From assembly GCA_951406725.2 (NCBI GenBank), contig OX597817.1, forward strand, positions 46,314,001 through 46,378,000: DNA of 64,000 bases, written 5' to 3'. A program made the translations under genes and the position numbers. Below are positions 26,332-39,090 of this stretch, in pieces (the stretch's first letter is position 1; each line of letters begins with the position of its first letter). Under the pieces are notes generated by a model. That model was not told the origin of the DNA, searched no databases, and worked only from the letters and a program-made list of their open reading frames with translations. The DNA comes from Octopus vulgaris. Its lineage: Eukaryota.

Positions 26332-26640
26332 TCACTTATATAAAATCCGTTCTGTCTGTGTGTGTGTGTGGCTTCTAGGGTCTCGAGCATCCTCCATCCG
26401 ATTGCGCTCAAATTTGATATGTAGATACCGACCGTATCAGCGCGTGTATAAGTTTTGAAAGAATTACAAAAATCAATTACAGGTGAGAATGCGATCGATA
26501 AAGCTGCGGGAAACGGTTTTTCTTTAGAATAGAAAAAAAGTCTATCTTTATTTCTTGCTGTTGTCTCAAATTTAGGTTAAATCAGTGTCTCTCAAAGGAG
26601 AGACCTATGGGACGGTCGGAAAAGTTGTTTTGAGAAAATT
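26332..26640 (+). mobile_element. Putative non-autonomous Helitron 5' fragment
   Basis: A|TCACTTATATAAAATCCGTTCTGTCTGTGTG...CCGATTGCGCTCAAATTT fits the TC start plus microsatellite pattern of animal non-autonomous Helitrons. Confidence 0.5.
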
Positions 26641-26649
26641 TGGTTTAAA

Positions 26650-26756
<107 letters not shown>

Positions 26757-26775
26757 ATATATATATATATATATT

Positions 26776-26942
26776 GGCGTAGGAGTGGATGTGAGGGAAG
26801 TAGCTTGCTTATACCAACCACATGGTTCCAGATTCAGTCCCACTGCGTGGCACCTTGGGCATGTGTCTTCTACTATAGCCTCGGGCCGGCCAAAGCCTTG
26901 TGAGTGGATTCGGTAGACGGAAACTGAAAGACGCCTGCCATA

Positions 26943-27027
<85 letters not shown>

Positions 27028-27105
27028 ATATATGTATATATGCATGTATGTATGTATGCGTATATGTTTGTGTGTCTGTGTATGTCGCCCCAACATCGCC
27101 AACAC
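26776..27105 (+). mobile_element. Family K SINE, 3'-truncated
   Basis: Head and body match the copies at 7354-7749 and 44830-45443. Confidence 0.9.
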
Positions 27106-27617
27106 TTTATCAGGGAATCAACAATCTTATACATTTAACCTGACGACAATTCGTGACAACTGAGGATTGAATTAGTTTCATGTTAACCTTTAGTAGACTC
27201 ATTGCCAATAGTGAATTGCACTGATGTGGGTGTACGGTCTTTTTTTATTTCTTTTTATTATTTTTCGTGTTTCATCCATCAATCAAAACTTCTATCAAAA
27301 ATTTTCTCAGGCATCTCTTCTTGGCTAAATGCATGCTGTTCTTATTTGCACATCCCGTATGACCTTAGTGTACGCAGAGGATAGTTTTAATCATCTATAC
27401 TTTACTATATTCCCACCGATTACCTGTGCATCTTTTTTATTTAACACTTTGTACATGCAAATGTATAGCTATATATATATGTGTGTGTGTGTGTGTGTAT
27501 GCATCGAATGGTGTATATATATATGTGTGTGTGTAAATATATCTATGCATATATTTATATACATGTATACACCTATATATACAAATAAATATTTATATGT
27601 ATATGTGAATGCATGTA

Positions 27618-27825
27618 TCTTTATATATAAGACTTAAGTTGTGTGTGTGAGAGTCTGTCTACTTCGATTTAGATTCCTAACTACTCCCACATTTTTCGGT
27701 GCAGTTTAACCAAAAGCGGGTATCTTATAGTCGGGATTCATATCAAGCCCTTCTGCGTATTAGCGCGCGTCTACGATGAGGCTACGATTTTTAAATAAAA
27801 TTACCATCATTTTTTTGTTTTTTTA
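27618..27825 (+). mobile_element. Putative non-autonomous Helitron 5' fragment
   Basis: A|TCTTTATATATAAGAC...GTGTGTGTG, the same start as at 35159. Confidence 0.45.
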
Positions 27826-27837
27826 ATGCCTAGGAAA

Positions 27838-28120
27838 AGCCTAGTACTTATTCTATGGGTATCTTTGGCCGAACCGCTAAATTACTGGGACATAAACGCA
27901 CGAACATCGATTGCTAAGCGATGGAGTGAAGGACACAAACACAGACACATACATAAGTATATATATACGACGGGCTTCTTCCAGTTTCCGTCTACGAAAT
28001 CAACTTACAAGTATTTGGTCGGCCCTAGGCTATATAAAAGACACTTGGCCAAGATGTCACACAGTGGGACTGCACCCGAAACCATGCGGTTGTGAAGCAA
28101 ACTTCTTACGAAACAACCAT
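27838..28120 (-). mobile_element. Family K SINE, degenerate
   Basis: Match to the other family K copies. Confidence 0.85.
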
Positions 28121-28164
28121 GCAAAGAGAAAGAGACACAGAGAAAGCTGTTGAGAAATTTGTGT

Positions 28165-28655
28165 GTAGAGGCGTGTGGTTTATTGGTTAGGGGTGTTGTA
28201 CTCATGATCCTAAGACTGCAATTTCGATTTCAAGACTGGGCGACATCTTGTCTTCTTGAGCAAGTCATTTCCTTTCGTGTTGCTCCATCAAATCAGCTAT
28301 CATCCTGCGACGGACCGCCGATCCGTCCACGGGGAAACCGACCCTATTAGCTTGTGACTCGGGAAGGAGTTTCAATTTGTACTTTATAATTTATGTGTGT
28401 GTGTGTGTGTGGCTTAGTGGTTAGGGTGTCAGCATCATACTCGTAAGATTGTGGTCTCGATTCCTGGACCGGGCGACGCGTTGTGCTCTTGAGCAAAATA
28501 CTTTATTTCACGTTGCTCCAGTTCACTCAGCTGGCAAAAATTAGTAACGCTGCGATGAACTGGCGTCTCGTCCAGCTAGGGAAAACATACGCCATTGAAA
28601 CCGGGAAACCGAGCCCATGAGCCTGGCTGGGCTAGGCTTTAAGAGGGCACAATTA
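28165..28655 (+). mobile_element. Two adjacent tRNA-derived SINEs (head A plus tail X), 28165-28350 and 28409-28655
   Basis: A-box TGGCTTAGTGG, B-box-like TCTCGATTCC and CTGCGATGAACTGGCGTCTCGTCCAG (resembles the V-SINE domain); both match 30729-30985. Confidence 0.85.
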
Positions 28656-30728
28656 TTTTGTATGTAGATATATGTATATCACGGTGGTATTCCAGTATGA
28701 CCGCAGCCGCCTACCTGAAACGAATGAGAGAATAAAACAATATATTTTAATACACACACACACACACACATTTTCATATATATATTTGCGTGTGGGCGTT
28801 GGTGTGCATAGGAATGCATATTTATATGTAGATAGATAGATAAATCCAACACCGTTCGAGGCTCCAATTCATAATCGAAGATGACGTGCTATCACCATGT
28901 AGTATGACTTCGTTAATATGCGTACGTGCATGTATGTGCATGCGTTTTGTATGGTGGATGTAGATGTGTAACACTGATACACGCTCGGTTCTCCCACACT
29001 TAGCGCTATCTAAAATCCAATTTAACATGTAGTACACTCAGCATTATACAATACACACATAATAACATTACATTTTTTATCCGCAATAACAGTGTATACA
29101 GTGGAAAATTTACAACTTCAATAATAAACATATTTGAAAGCGTAAAAAAAGATTCTTTTCTTACGCTTTTCACAGATTAGTTCTACCATTCGTAAATCTA
29201 AACTTATACAATTTAGAAATTGCATGAATAATGTATTCAAAAGAAAATCATAAAATCTATGTAACTTTCCCAAAGTTGTCGAAATTTTCAAAGATTGGAG
29301 TATTTCTCGCTCATTAATAAAAATTTGGTTTTAAATTTTCAGATGTGTCTCTATATTTGTGAGGTTTATTTTTTCTTCATTTGAAATTGTGATGTGAAAT
29401 TCTGTTCGGCCCATAAGTATGCAAGTTTGTGCGTGACGTGTTTGATATTGCAAATTCTCAGTTGTCACGTTCTATTCATCGTTGATTTGTAATATAGGAT
29501 TTTTTATTCTATATCAATGCCATTTCTATACTTCCCTGACTTTCGCGTAGCTAATTTTATAGAAGATATTAATATATTTTCTAAATATTGTCCTGGCGCA
29601 TGCATTTAAAAAAATGTGTACAATCATCCTTAAACGATAACGTACGCATACACAAAATTCATGTATACATCCAAGCACTCACACACATACACACATTAAT
29701 TTGAATATCACATGTATATGTATTATTACACACACACACACACACATATGTATATATATATATATTCTACACAAATATATATGTAGGTTATATGTATATT
29801 TGTATATACATGAATGAGTGTGTGTGTGCGTGTGTGTGTGTGAGTGTGTATACACACATAAACATAGTATTTAACTATTATACACATTTATGCATATTTA
29901 CTTCAAGAAACTTCGATCTTGGCAGGAAGGTACACATTTCCATCTATGCTGCTGATTTGCTGGAAAAAGGAAGCTGCGGTCCATTGGCAGATCATTCTGT
30001 GTTTCAAATCTCAGGGAAAATCTGCCAGGATTCCTTCAATGGCATAGAGTAATCAGTTTCCATTTAAAGCAGTCATAAATTAGGTTAGTACTGTATTGTA
30101 TAGCCTCATTATTATTCTTGTTTGGTTATCTTGATTTCTCGTGTAGTACAAAACAATATCTGCATATATTGCTGCACAACATATCAAAAAGCAGAAGTCT
30201 AATAAATTTAAATACTACAAGGCCTTTCTGTGAATGAAACACCTTTCAACTATATCTAGGTTCAGAAAGAAAGTCGGAGCGAGTCTCCTGACGGACTATT
30301 TCAAGTTTGATAACCACTCATCAGTCTTTTCCCAGTCTTCTGTCTGTAAGATAGCAATGAAGAGGAAATTGCTCAGGGTAGCAATAATTACATATACTCT
30401 CCCTTTCAGTTTTGACCCAGTAACAGATTCTCATCATCTTATTAAACAATATAATTATATAATCTTGGATACTTCGTAATTCCGGCAATTCGGAATTAGC
30501 TGGTTTTTCTCTTCACCTCTGCTACTCCCTTTCCTGTTCCCTTAAAAACACAATATACCCACAGATACCTAAAAGTAAATATAAATCTGTGTGTTGTGTC
30601 TATGTGCAGCTAGTTGTGCCTCCTCAGAAATTTTAACCCTCATACTGAATAATAAACTTCAAGCATTTATGGTACAGCATGAGGATACACCATTTCATGT
30701 ATTATTTTTATATAATTATATATATGTG

Positions 30729-30985
30729 TGGAGGCGCGTGGATTAGTGGTTAGGGTGTCAGCTCTATGATCGTGAGATTGTAGTTTCGACTCCTGGACCA
30801 GGCGACGCGTTATGTTCTTGAGCAAAGCACTTCATTTCACGTTGCTCCAGTCCTTTCGGCTGGCAAAAATGAGTAACGCTGCGATGGTCTGACGTCCCGT
30901 CCAGCTGGGGAACACATACGCCATTGAAACCGGGAAACCGGGCCCATGAGCCTGGCTAGGCTTTAAAAAGGCGCATTTATTATTA
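30729..30985 (+). mobile_element. tRNA-derived SINE (head A plus tail X)
   Basis: GGAGGCGCGTGGATTAGTGGTTAGGG...GTTTCGACTCC...GCTGCGATGGTCTGACGTCCCGTCCAG...; ends in a (TTA)n tail. Confidence 0.88.
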
Positions 30986-31148
30986 TTATGTATATGTAGG
31001 TATGTATTTGAATTTGTCTGTTGTGCGCGTGTACAAGTAGTTGTGCCTCCTCAGAAATTTTAACCCTTATACTCAATCATACATTCCATACATTTATCTT
31101 ACAGCATGAGGGTACACCATTTCATATAGTACTTTTATATAATTATGT

Positions 31149-31427
31149 TATTGTTTGTTCCTTCTCGAACCGGTTTCCTTGGCGTATAGGTTCCCCACCT
31201 GGACGGGACGCCAGTCCGTCGCAGGTGAGCTGGAAGATGCAGGAGGAAAGAGCGAGAGAAAGTTGTAGCGAAGGAGTCAGTAGAAGTTCACCATTACCTT
31301 CTGCCGGAGCCGCATGGAGCTTAGGTGTTTTCGCTCATAAACACACACATCGCTCGGTCTGACATTCGAACCCGCGATTCCTCCACCGCGAGTCCGCTTC
31401 TCTGACCACTAGGGCATGTGCTTCCAC
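31149..31427 (-). mobile_element. tRNA-derived SINE (head B plus tail X) with a 12-bp TSD
   Basis: B-box GGTTCGAATG and CCTGCGACGGACTGGCGTCCCGTCCAG; flanked by ATATAATTATGT at 31137-31148 and 31428-31439. Confidence 0.88.
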
Positions 31428-32532
31428 ATATAATTATGTGTGTGTAGGTGTGTATATGTATGTGTCTGACTGTGCGTGTGTTTTGTACATGTTTGTATCT
31501 ATATTTCTAACCATCACTTTTCTCTTTCATATAGACAATAATAATCATCTTTATTTATTCCCATTTATAAATTGAAATTCCACAAATATTGGTAATGTAG
31601 CCCGATATTTTATCCATTTACATACATTGTTACTGTTATGAAACATTATAGTATGTTCTTTTTACTCTTATAGCCTGTTGATATATTTCAATGAGTTAAT
31701 ATGAGACTCGCAATAAAGTGAAAAAAAAGATATAATACAATTTAAAAGTTCTGCAATAAAATGGCCGGCCTAGAGGAACTAGCAATACAAGCTAACGGTT
31801 TTTTTACGTTTTTTTTTCTGATTTGTATTATAATATTTAATAGATGGTGACAATTTGACAGTTAGTTAATGTGTCATGTTAAAAATAGTATTATAGCAAT
31901 AGATACCGAAGAAAAAAATCTATCTTGCTCTCATATAACCTTCTACTTAATCGAGTGTTAAGATATTCAACGAAATACTACCAATCATAAAATACTGCCA
32001 CGAAAGTCCCATGTGTATAACATATCATTATGCATATAGTTTTATATTTGTCATATACTGATTTGAGTAATGGCACGGTTGGCTATTATTTCCTGTTATT
32101 ATATTATTATGGCCTTCCTTTTTTCCTTTTCTCTTTTTCTATTGGCAATATCTTAATGTCAACATCAGTATCAGATAGTTGTTAAATCAGATAAAAACAT
32201 CTTACCATAACTACAGTCTAATACATCACTCATATATTACATGATCAATATTTTCAGATTGTAGAGAGAAAGGTTTATGAACGAGTATACCAAATCACAA
32301 CGCAACATCATTTATTTTCTATTTTATTATGGGGGAGGAGTCGCAGTCATTACGCTTAATAATTTAGCACATGACTATGTTATGTTACTGCATTCTTTCA
32401 ACCAATGATCAGACTTTTTTTATTTCTGCAAATACAGAATTCAGCGTATTTGACTAAACAGTACAATAACGTAGCAGAATACTTCAGCTAAACAGGAAAA
32501 CTATAGAGAAATGGGAGGGCTAGGCCCCCGTA

Positions 32533-32953
32533 GGATCTTTTCGGTTTGAACGACAGTTTTCTCTAGCGGTGTCATATGAATTTGTCACCCATAATTATGA
32601 CCCTAGTATCGATCTATTGCATTTCAATCTCTTTTAGGGTTAGGGTTAGTTAGGGGTGGGTGGAAGGGTATCTTTTTTTTTTTTCACAAATGTAAATAAA
32701 CCCAAATCTGTTTCTTAAACGAGGGACATATTCATACGGCACAGAATGTTTTTTACCGCAATAGACGTCAGTGATTTGTTGAAATTGCAGAAATTGAAGA
32801 AAAAACAACAAATATCTTACAAACTATAGAATTTTTCTCAATGAAGCCAAGCGAACAATGTTTTATAAACACATTCTACCAGTATACGAAGTATAAATTT
32901 TTTTCGTTTCCTAGAAATTATGTTAAAAACTGCCGTTCAAACCGAAAAGAACA
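32533..32953. mobile_element. Non-autonomous DNA transposon (MITE) with ~27-bp TIRs and an internal telomere-like repeat
   Basis: TIRs GATCTTTTCGGTTTGAACGACAGTTTT and AAAACTGCCGTTCAAACCGAAAAGAAC; internal TTAGGGTTAGGGTTAGTTAGGGG. Confidence 0.85.
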
Positions 32954-33419
32954 CCCCCACTCTCGTATTTAACGCTGTCAGAAACATATAATATTGATTT
33001 TACTTATTGCTTTACGTGAAGGCGTGTGGCTGAGTACATAAGGTGCCGCACTCACGATACCCGGACATAGTGTTTCGCTGTGGTTTTGAGCAAAACACTT
33101 CATTTCACATTGCGATGATGAAGATGTAATACAGATAATGGGGATTATGAAGATGTTAAATGAAGTATGGCCAACGAAAATGACTGGTGTGACCACAACG
33201 ATACGGTTACGACAATGTTAACGCCTACCACGGCATCGCTATCATGACAGCTACTGCGGCGACAAAAACGACCTCATGCATCACAACCACGGCGGTCCTT
33301 GCGCTGAGGATGCGGATAATAAGTGGTATAATTTTATCAGTAACAATGAATGTTGAAACCAAATATCTTGTATATACATATACAGCACATGACTGTGTTA
33401 TGTTACTACTCCACTAAAG

Positions 33420-33590
33420 CTTTTTTATTGCCTCTCTGTTTATTTTCTCGTGTCCCTTTCTGTTGATGAGCGTAGGCTCGAAATAAAAAAGACTTTCACA
33501 CGTTCCCAAGCGTGTAACTAATACACCAGTTTCTTGTGTATACACCTGTCTTCGTCTTTTGATTTTTGTTTTTGTAAATTTCAACTACAT
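33420..33590 (+). mobile_element. Short repeat with a degenerate hammerhead (33452-33493), probable PLE pseudo-LTR derivative
   Basis: CTTT-CTGTTGAT-GAGC-gtag-GCTC-GAAA-TAA..AAAGAC; homologous to 34985-35150. Confidence 0.6.
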
Positions 33591-33761
33591 ATAGATAGGT
33601 ATATAGATAAATAAATAGATATAGGTATATATAAAGCATGATTTATGTGTGATCAGAGACGTTCGTAAACCAATTTACTACTTTATTAAATGATTATGAG
33701 AAAGACAGGAAATAAAGTGCGATTTATTCGTGATCAGAGTTGTTCAAAAACCTACTATAGG

Positions 33762-33815
<54 letters not shown>

Positions 33816-34191
33816 TATATCAATGGGCGTCATCGGACAACAGTTGTCTTAAACAATCTCCTACATCCAAAGGACATAAACATATAGAAAAATAATAGAA
33901 CACATTCATGGTTTATGTAGTTTGTTTCAGTTCAATATAAATAAGCAGACTCAATATAATTGACCGCAACCAGTGGTACGTATATGAATAACATAGACAC
34001 GTACAGGTATATCAAGCAGCATACACCATAAATTGTTGATTTATTAGAATCTATGCACTTCAAGAAGATGCAGTTTTACTATTAACTAGCAGGTGAGATA
34101 AGCAACACACCAGAAAGGGAGATATTGTCTAGAATCAAGTATTACTTTACGTAAATGAACGGGCTTATTGTCTGCCGAGAAAAAGACAGTC

Positions 34192-34230
34192 CTGAACATG
34201 CGTTTCTGCCTCAGTAGGTGTCATCAGCAG
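34192..34230 (-). ncRNA. Hammerhead ribozyme motif
   Basis: Minus strand CTG-CTGATGA-ca-CCT-actg-AGG-ca-GAAA-CGCATG-TT-CAG, inside a ~450-bp segment bounded by (TA)n tracts. Confidence 0.65.
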
Positions 34231-34296
34231 AATTGCCTTAACCTGTTTCCCGCGGTCAGGATATATATAATATTATAAACATATTTATATGCGTGC

Positions 34297-34345
<49 letters not shown>

Positions 34346-34867
34346 TGCATGAATGTATATATATATATGAATGCATGAATGTATATATATATAGATGAAT
34401 ATACATACACAAACACACAGACCATATTGATAGATAGATAGACAGACAGACAGACATATGTATACATGACTATATGTATATGGATATATGGATATACGTA
34501 TACACAAACGAAAACAGAGAATGCGAGCCCTGACTAAAGCCATGAATAATAATTATTAAATGTATGAGATAAATGAATTCTCATTCATTATAGACACATC
34601 GTATTGCATAGAAACCAGTGCAGAGTTCAATAATTTGATATTACTATTCAGCGTTGAACTTGGCACATTTAAGTCACATTTCAATCAAACTGTATATATT
34701 AGGAGTTAACGTATTCAATTCTATATTAAATGTAGTGCTATAAATGTAGATTGATATCTACTTTTCTCCTACTGTTTATCAAGTGTTGTTTTGGAGTTTT
34801 CGCTAAATCGTGTTGCTGTGCTGGAGATTGAGATGATATTAGCGACATAAACAAGCGTACGTATATA

Positions 34868-34938
<71 letters not shown>

Positions 34939-34984
34939 ACATATATATGTATGTGTGTGTATATATATAGCCACTACACACATT

Positions 34985-35150
34985 TTTTCTATCCTTGTTT
35001 CTCTCCTTGTTTTTTACTGTGTCCCTTTCTGTAGAAGAGCGTAGGCTCGAAACGTAAAATACCTTTTTCATTCCTGAGCGTTATACTAATACATTTGTTT
35101 GTTTTGTACACCACCTGTCTTCGTCTTTTGTTCTTTTCGTAAATTCTCCC
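34985..35150 (+). mobile_element. Short repeat with a degenerate hammerhead (35021-35062)
   Basis: CTTT-CTGTAGAA-GAGC-gtag-GCTC-GAAA-CG-TA-AAA; paralogue of 33420-33590. Confidence 0.6.
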
Positions 35151-35158
35151 TATATATA

Positions 35159-36346
35159 TCTTTATATATATAAAACTGAGAATGTGTGTCTGTCTGTCTG
35201 TGTGTTTCCCTAAAACTTGAGAACTACACAACCAATTTCATTCCAATTTTACACTTGCCTTACTTAGGGTCCGGGGAGTGTCATCGGCAAAGAATTTTTA
35301 ACTTTTTGCCTAGGGCGAGCCCACAGCAATATCATATCTTCTCCACTACGATTCCCTAAAACTTGAGAACTACACAACCAATTTCATTCAAATTTTACAC
35401 ATGCCTAACTTAGGGTCCATGTAGTTTCATGGGCAAAAAAATATTCAACTTCTTGCCTAGAGCGAGCCCATAGCAATATCATATCTTCTCCAGTATTTCA
35501 GTATTACGTGTTAAATGCGAAACAAAAACATTTCTCTATTTTATGTCAGATACTTTCACTTTAACAATACAAATAATAATAACAATTAAATTATATGTAG
35601 TAAGTAATAATTAAAATCAAACTAAAGTACAATATAATCGTAACATAACAAAAGTAGAAATAGCAATTGGTATAAATTGCATCATTGACTTGAACTTGAA
35701 TAAGTGGTTTCACATGAATGGGAATAAATTAAAAATAAAATTAGCGTGCAGAAATGGAATAGTCCAGATGGATAATAAAAAATTAAATTAAAGAAAAGAC
35801 TATTGTCTATAAAGTATACAATGTAGAGAAAAAAGATTTGAACACATGGAGGATAGCACCTTCGAAAAGTGTCTTGGTGCGACTATGAAAGATATCTAAT
35901 CAGAGGCGGTAAATTCGCCACAATAGAAGCAAGGTTCGAGTCAACGGAGCGTGCAAGGGACTACTCGTCTCGAACTTGCAAAGTGGAAATATTTTATTTT
36001 TACCTCTATATCTGGGACGTAGGACGTCCCGGAAAAATATTTTAAATGCCCCCCACCCTCACCCCAGAAGTAGAGGTAGGCTGGATTGTAGCCACACTTC
36101 TATACAAGAGGGAGGACAAGATACAATTGATGGAAATTACAAGAGACGGGCTAACAATTCCAGTCTGTTATATATTTTGAGTATTGTTATCACTAGCGAT
36201 ATCAAGATATAACGTTGTATTTTGTATTTCATGTGTAGATGTATATATATATATATAGATATACATGTAATATGTACACATATATATATACACATATATA
36301 CATGCACTAGCACTATGACCCGGCAACGACGGGTCTTTAATGCTAG
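35159..36346 (+). mobile_element. Putative non-autonomous Helitron with an internal ~145-bp tandem duplication
   Basis: 5' A|TCTTTATATATATAAAA; 3' hairpin GACCCG-gcaacga-CGGGTC then TTTAATGCTAG|T; 35205-35350 is repeated at 35352-35495. That the two ends belong to one element is inferred. Confidence 0.65.
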
Positions 36347-36366
36347 TATATATAAATATATATATA

Positions 36367-36417
<51 letters not shown>

Positions 36418-36524
36418 TAGCTATGGTAGATGACATCAGTAAAAAATTTAGATATGGTACTTAAGTCGTGGCACCAGAATTTAGTACGGTATTATCCATG
36501 CAATTTCAAAATTAGGTGATTGAA

Positions 36525-37064
36525 ATTAAAATAAGTTACCAGGATATCCAGAGGTAATGTTGTACGATCATTTCACGCGACTCCACTTAATTGAACAATG
36601 CTATCATTTCATTAAATCAATTTAAAATGTAGAGCAATCTTCAGCTGCACAAAGACATAGAATTTAATTAAATTAGGACACATTAGTATAATTTTACCGA
36701 AAATCTCCAAAAAGAAAAGGAGAGAAACAAAGAACATGTTTTACCAACAACATCACAGTTCCAACTCTGTTACATATCTTTCATGTAACCGAGTTTTACC
36801 AACAACATCACAGTTGTAACTTGAGTTACAACTGTGATGTTGGTAAAACATGTTCTTTGTCTCTCTCCTTTTCCTCTTTGAGATTTTATGTAAGATTATA
36901 CTAATGTGTTCTTCTAATTTCATTAAATTCTATGCCTTTGTGCAGCTGAAGATTGCTCTACATTTTAAATTGATGTAATGAAATGATTGCATTGTTCAAT
37001 TAAATGGAGTCGCATGAAACGATCGTACAGTATTACCTCTGGATATCCTTGTTGCTTATTTTGA
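36525..37064. repeat. Large inverted repeat (~240-bp arms), each arm carrying a long-stem-II hammerhead-like motif
   Basis: 36525-36768 is the reverse complement of 36822-37064. The right arm reads CTGAAGA (36946), a long hairpin, then GAAA-CGATCG-TA (37016-37027). Confidence 0.85.
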
Positions 37065-37065
37065 T

Positions 37066-37143
<78 letters not shown>

Positions 37144-37162
37144 TTATATATATATATATATA

Positions 37163-37905
37163 CCTCTTTCCAGTGATGATACCCCTTTCCAAGTGCACAT
37201 TACCAGGATGGCGACAAAGTGCAGACGACTGGCTGGGTGGATCCTAAGTACATTCAGAACCAGTGATAAGGAAACCATGATGGTCCTCTGGCGGACATGC
37301 CTCCTCAGTCGCCTGGATTACTGCTCACAGCTATGGTCACCCACCAGTGTAAAATTAACAGCGGACCTTGAAGCAATCCAGAGAAGATTCACAAAGAAGA
37401 TCGTCTCTTTGCAACAGCTCAGCTACTGGGAAAGGTTGAAACAGCTAAGACTCTACTCCCTCGAGAGAAGACGGGAGAGGTATGCAGTAATATATGTCTG
37501 GAAGATCCTGGAAGGAATTGTGCCAAATTTTGACATTGTGAGCTACACCAATGCTAGAACGGGACGACACTGCATAGTGCCAAAGATCCCAGCAATGCCA
37601 TCACGCTTCAGGACCAGCTTCTGCAACAGCCGGGGTTTCAAGGGCCCACAGCTTTTTAATATTCTCCCAAAGAGTCTGAGGAACTTGCACAAAGTAGATG
37701 TAGCGGTTTTTACATCAAAGCTGGATATCTTCCTGTCAAGAGTCCCAGATGAACCTACCTCACGGCAAGAGGTGCAAATGAGAATAGCTGTATCAAACTC
37801 CATTCTTCACCAAGTGCCACATATTAGACGAGGTTCGTCGCAATAACAGTGTAGCACAAAACGGCGGTGCATCAGCATGGCCGCAGCTTTGAGCTAAATC
37901 TAGAA
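37163..37905 (+). mobile_element. CR1-like LINE 3' fragment (C-terminal ORF2 open, plus 3' tail)
   Basis: Reads GWILSTF...SRLDYCSQLWSP...LEAIQRRFTK...YWERLKQLRLYSLERRRERY...GPQLFNILP; flanked by (TA)n on both sides. Confidence 0.93.
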
Positions 37906-37938
<33 letters not shown>

Positions 37939-38699
37939 CATATATATGATGCATGGTGAATCTATGTGAAGAAATCCCACAAAACACATCAATTTAGTTA
38001 AAAAGAGAGAAAACAAGTTGTTAAAATATATAAGAGAATTTTAATTCATGCAGACGATCGTCTTGTACAGCGATATAAAAAAAAATCATGCAAGTCCATG
38101 ATTGAATTGAATTAGATTAAATTGAATAAATAAATAAATTAATTAATTATACATATCAATGTATTCTTCAGTGCAGGAAGTATAAACAAAATTTAAAATA
38201 ACATGAGAAAGGAAATATTAGAAGAATTGAATGTAGGAGATTCATATTTGTCCTTATGGAAAGAGATGTGAGTCAAGGTAGATAATAAGCATCACTAAAA
38301 ACTATATATATATATATACATATATAAAATTTGTAATAATAATAGTGTTTAGAGTGACTTCGAAGCATTGTCCAGCCTATGTGAAATTGATTTCATTACA
38401 TCATAAAAAGAAGTATTGGTATATATATATATATGTGTGTGTGCGTGTGCGTGTGTGTATGTGTATGTGTGTCTGTGTGTCTGTGTGCGTGTGTGTGTGT
38501 GTCTGTGTGTGTACATATTGTGTGTCTGTGTGTATACATATTCATATATATACATGTGTATACATACATCTGCAAACACGTATATTACATTTGACTGTTT
38601 TAAATAGCCATACTGTATATTTAACTCTCTGCATATATACATTATACATTGAGAGAGTGACACCACACAGGCGCAAAGATTCATAAAAACATAGGTGTG

Positions 38700-39090
38700 T
38701 TGGTAGGTAGGTATGTAGGAAAGTAGATAGGTAGGTAGATAGGTAGGTAGGTAAGTAGGTAGGTAGGTAGGTAAGTAGGTAGGTAAGTAGGTAGGTAGTT
38801 AGGTATGTAGGCAGGTAGGTAGGTAGGTAGGTAGGTAGGTAGGTAGGTAGGTAGGTAAATATTTAGGTGAGTAAGTAGGTAGGTAGGTATGTAGTTAGGT
38901 ATGTAGGCAGGCAGGTAGGTAGGTAGGTATGTAGGTAAGTAGGTAGGTAGGTAGGTAAGTAGGTAGGTATGTAGGTAGGTAGGTATGTAGGTAGGTAGGT
39001 AGGTAGGTAGGTAGGTAGGTAGGTAGGTAGGTAGGTAGGTAGGTAGGTATGTTGGTTGGTTGGTTGGCTGGTTGGTTGGTTGGTTGGTGG
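38700..39090. repeat. (GTAG)n/(GTTG)n microsatellite
   Basis: Direct observation. Confidence 0.95.

Noticed and set aside
30290-30330. Minus-strand CTGATGA...GAAA hammerhead candidate
   Set aside because: No stem I and a weak stem II; it lies in what may be a decayed LINE.
37004-37162. N-terminus of the 280-aa ORF as a real start
   Set aside because: It comes from the inverted-repeat arm and TA/TG microsatellite fused to a truncated CR1.
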